In this document: piece after piece, positions 1 through 9,112 of the stretch
Position numbering within the stretch: position 1 is the first letter of the stretch
Layout of the letters: every line of letters begins with the position of its first letter
Origin: a bacterium
GTDB taxonomy: Bacteria; Hydrothermota; Tepidihabitantia; SM23-42; JAOAFX01
Assembly: GCA_036796695.1 (NCBI GenBank)
Contig: DAIRCK010000001.1
Coordinates: forward strand, 16,539 to 80,538
Direction of reading: 5' to 3'
Length of the DNA stretch: 64,000 bases
The notes under the pieces: generated by a model
Told to the model about the DNA's origin: nothing
The model's input: the letters and a program-made list of their open reading frames with translations, nothing else
The model's database searches: none
Translations under genes and position numbers: made by a program

Positions 1-1951
1 CTGCCTCACCAATTTCTGTGGCATGGAAATTGATTCTTTCAAGGTCACTCAATATATCAAGATGAATCGTTGAGGTCTCAAGACTTTCTTTCAATCCTCT
101 CTGTAATCTTTCAATATGCTTTAACTCAAAATCTTTAACCATTTTCAATCCAGTATCGCGTCTGGAAACAACATCCTGGGCAAATCTTCGGTCACGGGTT
201 GCAAGACTGGAAATCGCCATTTTTAATGTATCAAGAACAAATCTATGAAATTCCTTGATCTGGTCCAAACCCTCCTGGGAAAATTCCATCCCTTCGTCTA
301 TCTGTTTCTTTGCATAATTCATCAAACTCTTTGAAATTGTATCACCGATATGTTCAAGTTCCGAAGTAATTGTGAGCAGACCGATCTGCATTTTTCTAAG
401 TTCCTGGTCCATCTCTTCGGGATTAAGCCGGGAAAGATATGGAGTCACCATTTCTTCAACCTGGTCTATCTCATCATCTGATTGAATAATTATCTTTCTC
501 AAAACAATATCTCGCTTTTCAAAAACCTTTATTGCGTCTTCGAGCATCTTTATCGTTTTATATCCCATATTTAAAATCTCTTTCATTGCCTGTCCTGTGG
601 CAATTGCCGGTGTATCAAGGAATGATTGGTCAAGTCGTTTACTCTTTAAAACTTCCTGTTTTGTTTCGACCACAAGAAAATTTAAAAATTTGCTTAAAGG
701 ATTAAGTAAAGGTAAAAAGATAAGGGCAACAACAATATTAAAAATTGTATGGACACCTGCAATCTGCCTTGGATTATTTTCAAAAAATGGCATTATTTTG
801 ATATAATCAAGCAAAATTACAAAAACCATCACACCCACAAACTTACATATAAAATTTCCCAGCGCAATCCTCCTTGCATTTGCAGAATCTGAAATAAGAA
901 TAGGAAATATCGTTGTACCAAGATTTGCTCCAAACACAAGATGGAGTGCAGAAATATTGGAAATTGCAGACTCAAATGTTAGAACGAGGACGAGTCCAAC
1001 TACAGCAGTGCTTGAGCGGAATATAAATGAAGCCAGTGCACCGATTAAAATAGCCAGAACAGGGGCATTATTTAAATATTCAATTATTTTAATAAACCCG
1101 GAAATATATTTCACACTTGCAATGCCTGTTGAAATAATCTTGAGTGAGAAAAATAATAGACCAGTGCCAAATATAAACTGGGCAAGATTCCTGAGATTGG
1201 GGAATAATATTCTTAAAAATACTCCTATAGTAATAATAAGGAGTGCATAATTCATAATATTAAAGGCGAGAATCTGGATTGTTATTGTAGCACCGATATT
1301 TGCACCAAGCATAACCGCAAGTCCAGGAATTAATTGAACAACACCTGCCGAGGCAAACTTTATCAACAATGTAGCAGTTGCAGTGCAGGAACCAAAGATA
1401 ATGGTAACAAAAAATCCACTGATCAATGAAGTGAGACGATTATTTGTAAGATTAAATAATAAATCCCTTGTCTTAGAACCAAAACCTCTTATCAAACCTT
1501 TGCTTCCATAATTTAATGCAAATATAAAAAGTGCAAGACCACCGATTACAGAAATCATCATTAATAGAACCCAATCCTGTTCCAAACCCGTAAAATGGAA
1601 TATGAGGGTTTCATCATTGTGTCGGCAAAGGATATAGTAATCGCCGCGGGTCTTCCCGAGTTTTATATAAGTTTTTGCAAAACCATCTTTATCGGTGTAT
1701 GTGGTCTCAGGTTGTATAACCGCAAATTTATTTGCAATCTTATTCTCCTGGGGTTCTTTGAGGATGGTAAAAACAACAGGGACATTTTCAAGGCCCTTTC
1801 CTTTTTCATCCACAACCCTTACAACGACCGGCTGGTTTAAAAATTGATTTACAATTCCTGTCTGGTTGTCGCCTGAAATATCATTACCTAATGGGTCCTG
1901 TGCCTTCATAAGAACACAGAATAAAAATAGATACAAATAACCGGCATCCAT
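1..1951 (-). CDS. Na+/phosphate cotransporter family protein (NptA/YjbB-like) with N-terminal signal peptide and Big_1-like Ig domain; runs off window start
   Basis: Not in ORF track (no stop in window). Manual translation from ATG 1951: MDAGYLYLFLFCVLMKAQD..SGDNQTGIVNQFLNQPVVVRVVDEKGKG..TDKDGFAKT, then MMISVIGGLALFIFALNYGSKG..GLAVMLGANIGATITIQ, a typical Na/Pi cotransporter repeat. Confidence 0.88.
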   Translation of the reverse strand, partial: MDAGYLYLFLFCVLMKAQDPLGNDISGDNQTGIVNQFLNQPVVVRVVDEKGKGLENVPVVFTILKEPQENKIANKFAVIQPETTYTDKDGFAKTYIKLGKTRGDYYILCRHNDETLIFHFTGLEQDWVLLMMISVIGGLALFIFALNYGSKGLIRGFGSKTRDLLFNLTNNRLTSLISGFFVTIIFGSCTATATLLIKFASAGVVQLIPGLAVMLGANIGATITIQILAFNIMNYALLIITIGVFLRILFPNLRNLAQFIFGTGLLFFSLKIISTGIASVKYISGFIKIIEYLNNAPVLAILIGALASFIFRSSTAVVGLVLVLTFESAISNISALHLVFGANLGTTIFPILISDSANARRIALGNFICKFVGVMVFVILLDYIKIMPFFENNPRQIAGVHTIFNIVVALIFLPLLNPLSKFLNFLVVETKQEVLKSKRLDQSFLDTPAIATGQAMKEILNMGYKTIKMLEDAIKVFEKRDIVLRKIIIQSDDEIDQVEEMVTPYLSRLNPEEMDQELRKMQIGLLTITSELEHIGDTISKSLMNYAKKQIDEGMEFSQEGLDQIKEFHRFVLDTLKMAISSLATRDRRFAQDVVSRRDTGLKMVKDFELKHIERLQRGLKESLETSTIHLDILSDLERINFHATEIGEA

Positions 1952-1958
1952 TTGTTTA

Positions 1959-1986
1959 ATATTAATCAAACAGTAATGAAAGTCAA
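1959..1986 (-). promoter_or_regulatory. sigma70-like promoter TTGACT-N16-TAATAT, 7 nt before ATG 1951
   Basis: Motif read directly. Confidence 0.6.
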
Positions 1987-2007
1987 TAATGATTTGCAAC
2001 TTAAGGA

Positions 2008-2035
2008 TTGACAGAGCTGTTACAATTATTATAAT
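2008..2035 (+). promoter_or_regulatory. sigma70-like promoter TTGACA-N16-TATAAT, 5 nt before ATG 2041
   Basis: Perfect hexamers; no SD before the start codon. Confidence 0.75.
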
Positions 2036-2040
2036 CTATA

Positions 2041-3528
2041 ATGCAAATTAAGAGTGAAAAATTTTTTAAGACCCTTCCCTGGCTATTGTTTACAATCGGA
2101 ATTATCCTTCGTCTTTCTCAATATATTTTTAATCGCTCATTGACCGAAGGCGAGGCACCGCTCGCTATGAACATCATAGAACGTTCTTATCAGGGATTGC
2201 TCAAACCCCTTGATTATGTGCAGGCAGCGCCAATTGGTTTTCTCTATATAGAAAAGTTTTGTGTGAATATTTTCGGTAATAATGAATATGCATTGAGAAT
2301 ATTCCCGCTTATTGCTGGTATTTTGAGTATTTTTATTTTTTACGAAATTTTAAAACATATAAATGATATAAAAATCACCATATTCGGACTCGGTTTTTTT
2401 GTTTTAAATGACCATCTCATATATTTTTCATCCGAGGTCAAACCATATTCAAGTGATGTATTATTTTCACTTTTGTTAATCCTTTTAGCATTAATAACAA
2501 TCAGAGAAAATCTAAAAATTTCAATGTTGATATTGACCGGTATTATCGGTGCTATTTCCATCTGGTTTTCTTTTCCTGCGGTATTCGTATTTTCTGGAAT
2601 CGGTATTGTGTTATTAATCTATACAATAAAAAATAAGAACTATAGTGCGCTGATTGCCCTGATAATCATCAGTGCGATATGGATTTTAAGTTTTATTGCA
2701 AATTATTTTTTGTGTATTCACCATTATACAGTGCACAAAGAACTCGTGGATTTCTGGCAGAAGGATTTTGTTCCATTTCCACCCGATTCATTAAAAGCAT
2801 TGTATCAAATTATATATATGCTAATACGCATCTTCAAAAACCCTGGTGGTTTTTCTGTTTATGATATTCTCCTTGCATTATTATTCTTCATTACAGGTAT
2901 TTATCATCTATATAAGAGCAAAAAAACTATTGCTCTGATATTTATCCTCCCACTTATTATCACTTTCATCTGTTCTATGTTCAAACTCTATCCATTTGAA
3001 GGCAGGGTTATACTATTCATCGCACCAATTTTAGCAATCTTTGTAAGTGCTGGTATATCACTATTATATAACATAATAAAAAAAGATTCAAAAATAATTG
3101 CCAAAGTGCTTTCCTTAATCTTATTCATACAACCTGTTTGTACAGGAGTTTATCATATCATCAAACCCCGCGCACCCGAGGAATTGAGACCGGTTCTGGA
3201 ATATGTGAGCAAAAATAAGAAAGATAGTGAAGTTATCTATGTTTATTACGGGGCATTAAATGCTTATAAATATTACAAAAATAGATTTCCTGAACTGGGT
3301 GATGACTATATTTCGGGCATAGAATCAAGGGATTACTGGACTGGGTATTACAAGGATATTGAAAGACTAAAAGGTAAACGCGTCTGGTTTTTATTTTCTC
3401 ACATTGCTACACATCTCGGTGCGAACGAAGAAAAAATATTTTTGAATTATCTAAACATCCTTGGCACAAAAATTGATTCATTCATTGGTTCTGGCGCCTC
3501 TGCCTATCTCTATGACATCAAAAAATGA
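2041..3528 (+). CDS. GT-C fold polytopic membrane glycosyltransferase (PMT/ArnT-like)
   Basis: 495 aa, many TM segments, RSLTEGE acidic loop motif, SEVKPYSSD motif, soluble C-terminal domain. Confidence 0.7.
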   Translation: MQIKSEKFFKTLPWLLFTIGIILRLSQYIFNRSLTEGEAPLAMNIIERSYQGLLKPLDYVQAAPIGFLYIEKFCVNIFGNNEYALRIFPLIAGILSIFIFYEILKHINDIKITIFGLGFFVLNDHLIYFSSEVKPYSSDVLFSLLLILLALITIRENLKISMLILTGIIGAISIWFSFPAVFVFSGIGIVLLIYTIKNKNYSALIALIIISAIWILSFIANYFLCIHHYTVHKELVDFWQKDFVPFPPDSLKALYQIIYMLIRIFKNPGGFSVYDILLALLFFITGIYHLYKSKKTIALIFILPLIITFICSMFKLYPFEGRVILFIAPILAIFVSAGISLLYNIIKKDSKIIAKVLSLILFIQPVCTGVYHIIKPRAPEELRPVLEYVSKNKKDSEVIYVYYGALNAYKYYKNRFPELGDDYISGIESRDYWTGYYKDIERLKGKRVWFLFSHIATHLGANEEKIFLNYLNILGTKIDSFIGSGASAYLYDIKK

Positions 3529-3665
3529 ATCTATCTTTGTTCTTTCAATAATAAGTTAAACATCCTTTAATTAATCCTCCCAGCATCATCACTTTGTCAT
3601 CTATGCCCAATAACCATCAACGAATTTACAATCGCAAAAATACAAAAACATTGTTGTGGGGAGAA

Positions 3666-3757
3666 TCCGCCACGCTTATTGGCGGAAAGGGTGAGGAGCG
3701 AACACCGCTACTCTACCTCCCCTCTCCCCGCATCCAGCAGGGAGAGGGAAAGGGTGA
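3666..3757. repeat. REP-like palindrome cluster (ATCCGCCA..TGGCGGA and CCCTCTCCC..GGGAGAGGG)
   Basis: 9-bp perfect inverted repeat 3720-3728/3740-3748; related to copies at 38830 and 39164. Confidence 0.6.
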
Positions 3758-3758
3758 A

Positions 3759-3836
3759 CTTGCTCAAGGAATCTATTTTGTGAGACTAAGCGCAGATAAT
3801 CAGACTGTTGTGCAGAAACTGATTGTCTTGCGATAA
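3759..3836 (+). pseudogene. Remnant of secretion C-terminal sorting domain (..QGIYFVRLSADNQTVVQKLIVLR)
   Basis: Typical GIYFV..K(L/I)V tail with no credible upstream coding sequence. Confidence 0.55.
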
Positions 3837-3849
3837 TGGGTGGTAGGGG

Positions 3850-4062
3850 GTGGTGAGATACCCACCCACTTCGTTTGGAATCTTTGATGTGCTCGGTCAG
3901 AAGATAAAGACTATCTTCAATGGAGAAAAACAATCTGGTTATTATGAATTCATCTGGGATGGCAGGGATGACCGCAATCGGCAGATGCCTGCGGGTGTCT
4001 ATTATGTGCTATACCAGATGGATGATTCCAAAACAACGGCAAAAATAGTCCTTTTGAAATAA
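3850..4062 (+). pseudogene. Isolated FlgD-Ig-like / CTD fragment
   Basis: IFDVLGQKIKTI..WDGRDDRNRQMPAGVYY..KIVLLK; in-frame TAG at 3844-3846 just upstream. Confidence 0.65.
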
Positions 4063-4067
4063 ACACG

Positions 4068-4199
4068 ATGAGTGTTACGATTACTGCTGGTAATGGTCCA
4101 GGATTTCAGGCGGGTAATGAGGGTAACATAGAAGGGGATGCTAAAGGGTACTGGGTTGCACGGTCTGTGACCCATCGGGCGATTAAAATGAAGCAATAG
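4068..4199 (+). other. 43-aa Gly-rich small ORF, possible gene fragment
   Basis: MSVTITAGNGPGFQAGNEGNIEGDAKGYWVARSVTHRAIKMKQ; no family recognised. Confidence 0.2.
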
Positions 4200-4229
4200 T
4201 TTAGAAGAAAAGTGCAAACTCACTTATAC

Positions 4230-4257
4230 TTGACAATCATCCAAAGATATATACAAT
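4230..4257 (+). promoter_or_regulatory. sigma70-like promoter TTGACA-N16-TACAAT, 5 nt before ATG 4263
   Basis: Motif read directly. Confidence 0.7.
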
Positions 4258-4262
4258 ATCCT

Positions 4263-4421
4263 ATGGAAAAATTTAATAAAGGAATAATCGGTGCAGTGAT
4301 TGCTGGAGTTGTTGGAATTTTTTTAGCCACAGTCGGTTTCTGGCGTACATTATTGATATTATTTTTGATTGTAATCGGTTTTTTAATCGGCACATACTTG
4401 GAAATTAGAAAAAAAGAATAA
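4263..4421 (+). CDS. Small two-TM membrane protein, DUF2273-like
   Basis: MEKFNKGIIGAVIAGVVGIFLATVGFWRTLLILFLIVIGFLIG; start reassigned to ATG 4263. Confidence 0.7.
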   Translation: MEKFNKGIIGAVIAGVVGIFLATVGFWRTLLILFLIVIGFLIGTYLEIRKKE

Positions 4422-4426
4422 TATAT

Positions 4427-5479
4427 TTAAAATATTGAAAAAGGCTGGGGAATAAAAGTCAGTATCAACACAATCAATGCAATCAGGGCATATATTTTTT
4501 CTCTTTTTGAAAGCGGTGTCAATCCATCCTGTATAAGGGGTTCACGCCGTGCAAGTATGAATGCAAGCAATCCCCAGATTATCCATCCCTGCCAGAGTAT
4601 CCCGAATCCTATGAGCAATAATATCACAGGTATATATAGCCTCTTTTGATTCTTTAAAAATACACTATAAGCGATATGTCCACCATCGAGTTGACCTATC
4701 GGCATTAGATTCATTGAGGTAACAAGAAATCCAATCCAGCCCGCAAATGCCATTGGATGCAAAAATATATCCATACCTTCAGGTATTGAAGGATGGATAA
4801 TCTTTCCCAGGATGAAAAACAATAGCGAATCACCCAATCTTAAATAAGAACCGGTCTCCGGTGCTGGTCTTACTTCAGAAAGCATAATACCAATTATTGA
4901 TACAATGAGTGCAACAAGAAAACCAGAAATAGGACCTGCCATTCCAATCCTTAATAATGCCTTTCGTGAAGGCACGATTGATTTCATTCTTATAATTGCA
5001 CCAAATGTTCCCAAAAAATGGAATGGAACTGGAATAAAATATGGTAAACTTGTAACCAAACCATATTTTTTTGAAACAAAATAATGCCCGAGTTCATGAC
5101 AGGTGAGTATAGCCATAAGTGAAAATGAAAAAGGAATTCCCAGAAGAATATCAGAAAAATTTCCAAATGGGTTGCCACCACTATTTAGTGCACCGGCAAG
5201 GAGTGTGGTAAAGATCGTTGCAACAAATAATAAAATATTCAACCATATCTTTGGTTTATCAACAAACTTAGGAAAAATGCCCAGCATTAATTTATGATAT
5301 TCACCTTCCTGACTGAAAAGGGGAATATAATCATACTGGGCACAAAAATCTTTTATTTCCTTAATCGTCTGTTCAAGCGGCTCATTTATCCTTCCATAAA
5401 AAACAGTATACTGAACACCATTTACCGTATCAACTATAAACATCTTATTTTCAAGAAATTTTATTATCTCCTCGTTCAT
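4427..5479 (-). CDS. Site-2 protease family (M50) intramembrane metalloprotease
   Basis: HELGH and NLMPIGQLDGGH motifs. Confidence 0.9.
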   Translation of the reverse strand: MNEEIIKFLENKMFIVDTVNGVQYTVFYGRINEPLEQTIKEIKDFCAQYDYIPLFSQEGEYHKLMLGIFPKFVDKPKIWLNILLFVATIFTTLLAGALNSGGNPFGNFSDILLGIPFSFSLMAILTCHELGHYFVSKKYGLVTSLPYFIPVPFHFLGTFGAIIRMKSIVPSRKALLRIGMAGPISGFLVALIVSIIGIMLSEVRPAPETGSYLRLGDSLLFFILGKIIHPSIPEGMDIFLHPMAFAGWIGFLVTSMNLMPIGQLDGGHIAYSVFLKNQKRLYIPVILLLIGFGILWQGWIIWGLLAFILARREPLIQDGLTPLSKREKIYALIALIVLILTFIPQPFSIF

Positions 5480-7356
5480 TTCTTTGTCTCTCCTGGTTTA
5501 CCTTTTAAATGGATTAAAATTGTCAATATATCAACCGGGCTTATTCCCTGTATCCTTGATGCCTGGTCAAGATTTTTTGGTCTGGTTTCATTTAGTTTAC
5601 CTTTTGCCTCATTTGATAGACCTTTTATTTCGTTATAATCAAAATCTTCAGGTATCTCAATATTCTCGATCTTTTTGAGTTTATCAATCATCTCCTCTTC
5701 GCGTTTTATATAACCTTCATACTTTACTTCAACCTCGGTTCTAAACCCGATCCTTTCTGGGATTGGTTCATTAAAAAAAATCTTGATGTCGTCCCAATGA
5801 ATATCAGGTCTCTTCAAAATCTGTAACAAGCTCACACCACCACTCTCTTCTGAAATTGGGATTTCGTTCTTAGAACACAAAATAGGATTAATCACTTCTG
5901 GTTTTATAATTGTTTTTCTTAATGTCTCAATCGTTCTATCAATTGCCTTTCTTTCCTTCATAAATCGCTCATAATACTCTGAATTTACCAGTCCAAAATC
6001 AACTCCATAACGCATAAGTCTATCATAAACATTATCTATTCTCAATATCAATCTATGTTCGGCAAGTGATGTAAACATCCGATAAGGCTCAAGGGTGTTT
6101 TTAGTGACAAGGTCATCGATCAAAACTCCAATATATGCCTCATACCTTTTCAAAACAAAAGGATTTTTGTTCTGCAATTTCAAAACCGCATTTATCCCTG
6201 CCATAAATCCCTGGGCACCTGCCTCTTCGTAACCTGATGTTCCATTTATCTGTCCGGCGCAATAAAGATTTTTTATCAATTTAGTTTCAAGGGTCGGATA
6301 TAACTGTATCGGATAGACAAAATCATATTCCACAGCATAACCAGGTCTTGTTATCACTGCGTTTTCAAGACCATTTATTGAATGGAGCATCTCTATCTGG
6401 ACATCATAAGGAAGGGATGTTGATAGACCATTGAGATAATATTCACCTGTATCATATCCTTCGGGTTCTATGAATATAAGATGTGAATCGCGGTCTCTAA
6501 ATCTGACCACCTTTGTCTCAATCGATGGGCAATATCTGGGCCCTATCCCGACGATCCTGCCGGTATAGAGTGGTGAACGGTCAAGGTTTTTGTTTATTAT
6601 ATCATGTGTTTTTTCATTCGTTCTTGTTATATAGCAGGGCAGTTGTTCTATATTAAGATAAGATGTCCTGTAAGAATATGGTTCTATCGGCTCTTCACCT
6701 TCCTGGATATCCATTTTAGATAAATCAACAGAATCCTTTGCTATGCGCGGCGAGGTTCCGGTCTTTAATCTTCCCAGACTGAAACCCAATTTTTTTAATG
6801 ATTCACTCAATTTACTTGAACCTGGTTCTCCAATCCTGCCTCCAGTATAGGTCTCAAGACCAATATGCATCAATCCATTTAAAAATGTCCCTGTCGTGAT
6901 AATGATTGCCCGGGCAAGATATTCATTTCCTATGCCTGTCCTGACGCCGAAAACCCCATTGTTTTCAACCAGGATATCAGTCACTTCTTCCTGTTTTATT
7001 ATAAGATTCTTTTGATTTATCAGCGTTTTCTGAGCCTCCTGTTTATATCGTGCACGGTCATTCTGTGTCCTTGGAGACCACACCGCAGGACCTTTTGAAC
7101 GATTGAGCATCCTGAACTGAACCATAGTTTTATCGGCAAGAAAACCAATTTCTCCACCCATTGCATCAATCTCTTTGACGAGATGCCCTTTGGCAAGTCC
7201 ACCGATTGAAGGATTGCACGACATCTGCCCGATATTATCTAAATTAAGGGTCAAAATCAGGGTATTAAAACCGCAGCGGGCAGAAACAAGGGATGCCTCA
7301 ATCCCTGCATGTCCCCCGCCCACAATAATGATATCAAATTTCTCAGTATATGCCAC
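5476..7356 (-). CDS. mnmG: tRNA uridine-5-carboxymethylaminomethyl modification enzyme MnmG
   Basis: GGGHAG, MSCNPSIGG, GPRYCPSIE, GQINGTSGYEEA. Confidence 0.97.
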   Translation of the reverse strand: MAYTEKFDIIIVGGGHAGIEASLVSARCGFNTLILTLNLDNIGQMSCNPSIGGLAKGHLVKEIDAMGGEIGFLADKTMVQFRMLNRSKGPAVWSPRTQNDRARYKQEAQKTLINQKNLIIKQEEVTDILVENNGVFGVRTGIGNEYLARAIIITTGTFLNGLMHIGLETYTGGRIGEPGSSKLSESLKKLGFSLGRLKTGTSPRIAKDSVDLSKMDIQEGEEPIEPYSYRTSYLNIEQLPCYITRTNEKTHDIINKNLDRSPLYTGRIVGIGPRYCPSIETKVVRFRDRDSHLIFIEPEGYDTGEYYLNGLSTSLPYDVQIEMLHSINGLENAVITRPGYAVEYDFVYPIQLYPTLETKLIKNLYCAGQINGTSGYEEAGAQGFMAGINAVLKLQNKNPFVLKRYEAYIGVLIDDLVTKNTLEPYRMFTSLAEHRLILRIDNVYDRLMRYGVDFGLVNSEYYERFMKERKAIDRTIETLRKTIIKPEVINPILCSKNEIPISEESGGVSLLQILKRPDIHWDDIKIFFNEPIPERIGFRTEVEVKYEGYIKREEEMIDKLKKIENIEIPEDFDYNEIKGLSNEAKGKLNETRPKNLDQASRIQGISPVDILTILIHLKGKPGETKK

Positions 7357-7361
7357 AGATA

Positions 7362-7389
7362 ATAATAAATAGATTTAACCAAAAATCAA
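7362..7389 (-). promoter_or_regulatory. sigma70-like promoter TTGATT-N16-TATTAT, 5 nt before mnmG GTG
   Basis: Motif read directly. Confidence 0.6.
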
Positions 7390-7433
7390 CACTTAATTTA
7401 TAAGCACCTATAACCCATTTATATTCTAATTTC

Positions 7434-7459
7434 TGAAACTTTTTAAAAATTTTTCCGTA
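7434..7459 (+). promoter_or_regulatory. ECF sigma (SigW-type) promoter TGAAAC-N16-CGTA
   Basis: Matches the B. subtilis SigW consensus, directly upstream of an anti-sigma gene. Confidence 0.7.
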
Positions 7460-7466
7460 TTACTTA

Positions 7467-7979
7467 TTGATGGGGCATAAAGATATAGAAAGACTTATCC
7501 ATAAGAGACTGGATAGGGAAATAACAAAAGAAGAGGAAAAAAAACTCTTTGAACACATTGAAAACTGCCCCCAATGCAAAGGGTTTTATCTTGAAATGGA
7601 AAGGATTAAGCAAGAAATATTCAATCTGACCGAATTCTTTCCTGGGCTTGAGTTCAATGCCCGTGTCATTTCAGCAATAAAAATCAGAAGGTATGTGCCC
7701 TGGTATAGAGTTGCCCCGGTATTTGGAGGTCTATACTTAGCAGGGCTTTTGCTTCTATTATTAACCCCGATCCCAAATTACTTATTTTCAAAACTGCTCC
7801 TTGAATTACCAGGATTTGTCCATATCTTTGATAAAATAAAACCAGTTGGTAATGGATTATTCCTCATTGTCTCATCCTTTTTAAGGTTTAACCAGTTTTT
7901 TATCTGTGTGGGACTTTTATTCAGTTTATTGATATGTTTAACCCTGGGAAAAACATTGAAAAATAAGGAGGTATTATGA
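7467..7979 (+). CDS. zf-HC2 (ZAS) anti-sigma factor-like membrane protein
   Basis: HIENCPQC (HxxxCxxC) followed by three TM segments. Confidence 0.8.
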   Translation: MMGHKDIERLIHKRLDREITKEEEKKLFEHIENCPQCKGFYLEMERIKQEIFNLTEFFPGLEFNARVISAIKIRRYVPWYRVAPVFGGLYLAGLLLLLLTPIPNYLFSKLLLELPGFVHIFDKIKPVGNGLFLIVSSFLRFNQFFICVGLLFSLLICLTLGKTLKNKEVL

Positions 7980-9112
7980 AGGCAGAAAAAATTATTATTA
8001 TCTTTGCCATAATCCTTGCCCTTTCTGTACCTGGAAATGCACTTGTATTTAAAAGTGGCAGGGATATTTTAATAGGTTCTGATGAGGTCATTGATGATGA
8101 CCTTATTGCAACTGGCAGAAAAGTGAAGATTGATGGAAGAATAAATGGCGATTTATTTGCATTTGCCCAGGAAGTAGTCATAACCGGCGTGATAAATGGT
8201 TCTATATATACAGGTGGTTCTGAAATAAAATATAATGCACAAAATTGCAGAAGCCTATGGGCATTCTGTGGAACACTTGAAGCAGATGGTAGTATTGAAA
8301 ACAATCTTTTGTTTTTTGGTGGGCAGCTTAAAACTGAAAAGAATAGCCTAATAAAAAAAGACCTCATTGCCTATGGTGGTGAAGTGGATATTGATGGCGA
8401 GGTCCAGGGTAGGGTAAAAGGCGAAATGGGAAGATTCAATCTACAGGGAAAGATAGGTAGTGCAAATATAGGTGCGAATAAAACCAGTATCAAATCGGGC
8501 TCAAGTATTATGGGTGACCTTCTTATAAAAGGGAAAAAAGAACCGCAGATAGAACCTGATGCTAAAGTCATGGGAAAGACAGAATATAAGAAGATTGAAG
8601 AAAAAGAGGGAAAACATAAAAAAGGTGGATTGGGCGGTTTTATAAAAACAATATTTTTTATAAGCAGATTGATAATCGGTATAATATTGATCGCCCTATT
8701 CAAACCATTCATTACAAAAACAAATGAAATCCTGAAAAACTCTACCTGGAAATCGCTTGGATTTGGTTTTCTCACAATCATAGTCATCCCTGTTGCAATG
8801 GTGATAACATTGATAACAGTAATTGGAATCCCTATTTCAATCTTCTGTCTCTTTCTCTTTTTAACCATTTCCTATTTATCAGGCATAGTATTTGCTACAG
8901 GATTTGGTGAAGTCCTGATTAGATTGATAAAAAAAGAAGGGACGATTTCGCCATTCATTTCATTCATTGTGGGTATAATCATTGTTAGCATTATCTCACT
9001 CATTCCTTATCTCGGTTTTTTCGTACGCCTTACTGTTTTGTTCTTTGGAACCGGGATGCTTGTGCTTCTATTTAATAATCTCTGGAAAAAATCTTTAAAC
9101 CAGGAGGCATAG
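7976..9112 (+). CDS. Bactofilin-like beta-helix repeat protein with signal peptide and C-terminal TM bundle
   Basis: Repeats such as GRKVKIDGRINGDLFAFAQEVVITGVING; hydrophobic C-terminus. Confidence 0.75.
   Translation: MKAEKIIIIFAIILALSVPGNALVFKSGRDILIGSDEVIDDDLIATGRKVKIDGRINGDLFAFAQEVVITGVINGSIYTGGSEIKYNAQNCRSLWAFCGTLEADGSIENNLLFFGGQLKTEKNSLIKKDLIAYGGEVDIDGEVQGRVKGEMGRFNLQGKIGSANIGANKTSIKSGSSIMGDLLIKGKKEPQIEPDAKVMGKTEYKKIEEKEGKHKKGGLGGFIKTIFFISRLIIGIILIALFKPFITKTNEILKNSTWKSLGFGFLTIIVIPVAMVITLITVIGIPISIFCLFLFLTISYLSGIVFATGFGEVLIRLIKKEGTISPFISFIVGIIIVSIISLIPYLGFFVRLTVLFFGTGMLVLLFNNLWKKSLNQEA

Noticed and set aside
3594-3758. N-terminal part of the 80-aa ORF 3594-3836
   Set aside because: It reads through palindromic repeats; only the last 25 aa look protein-like.
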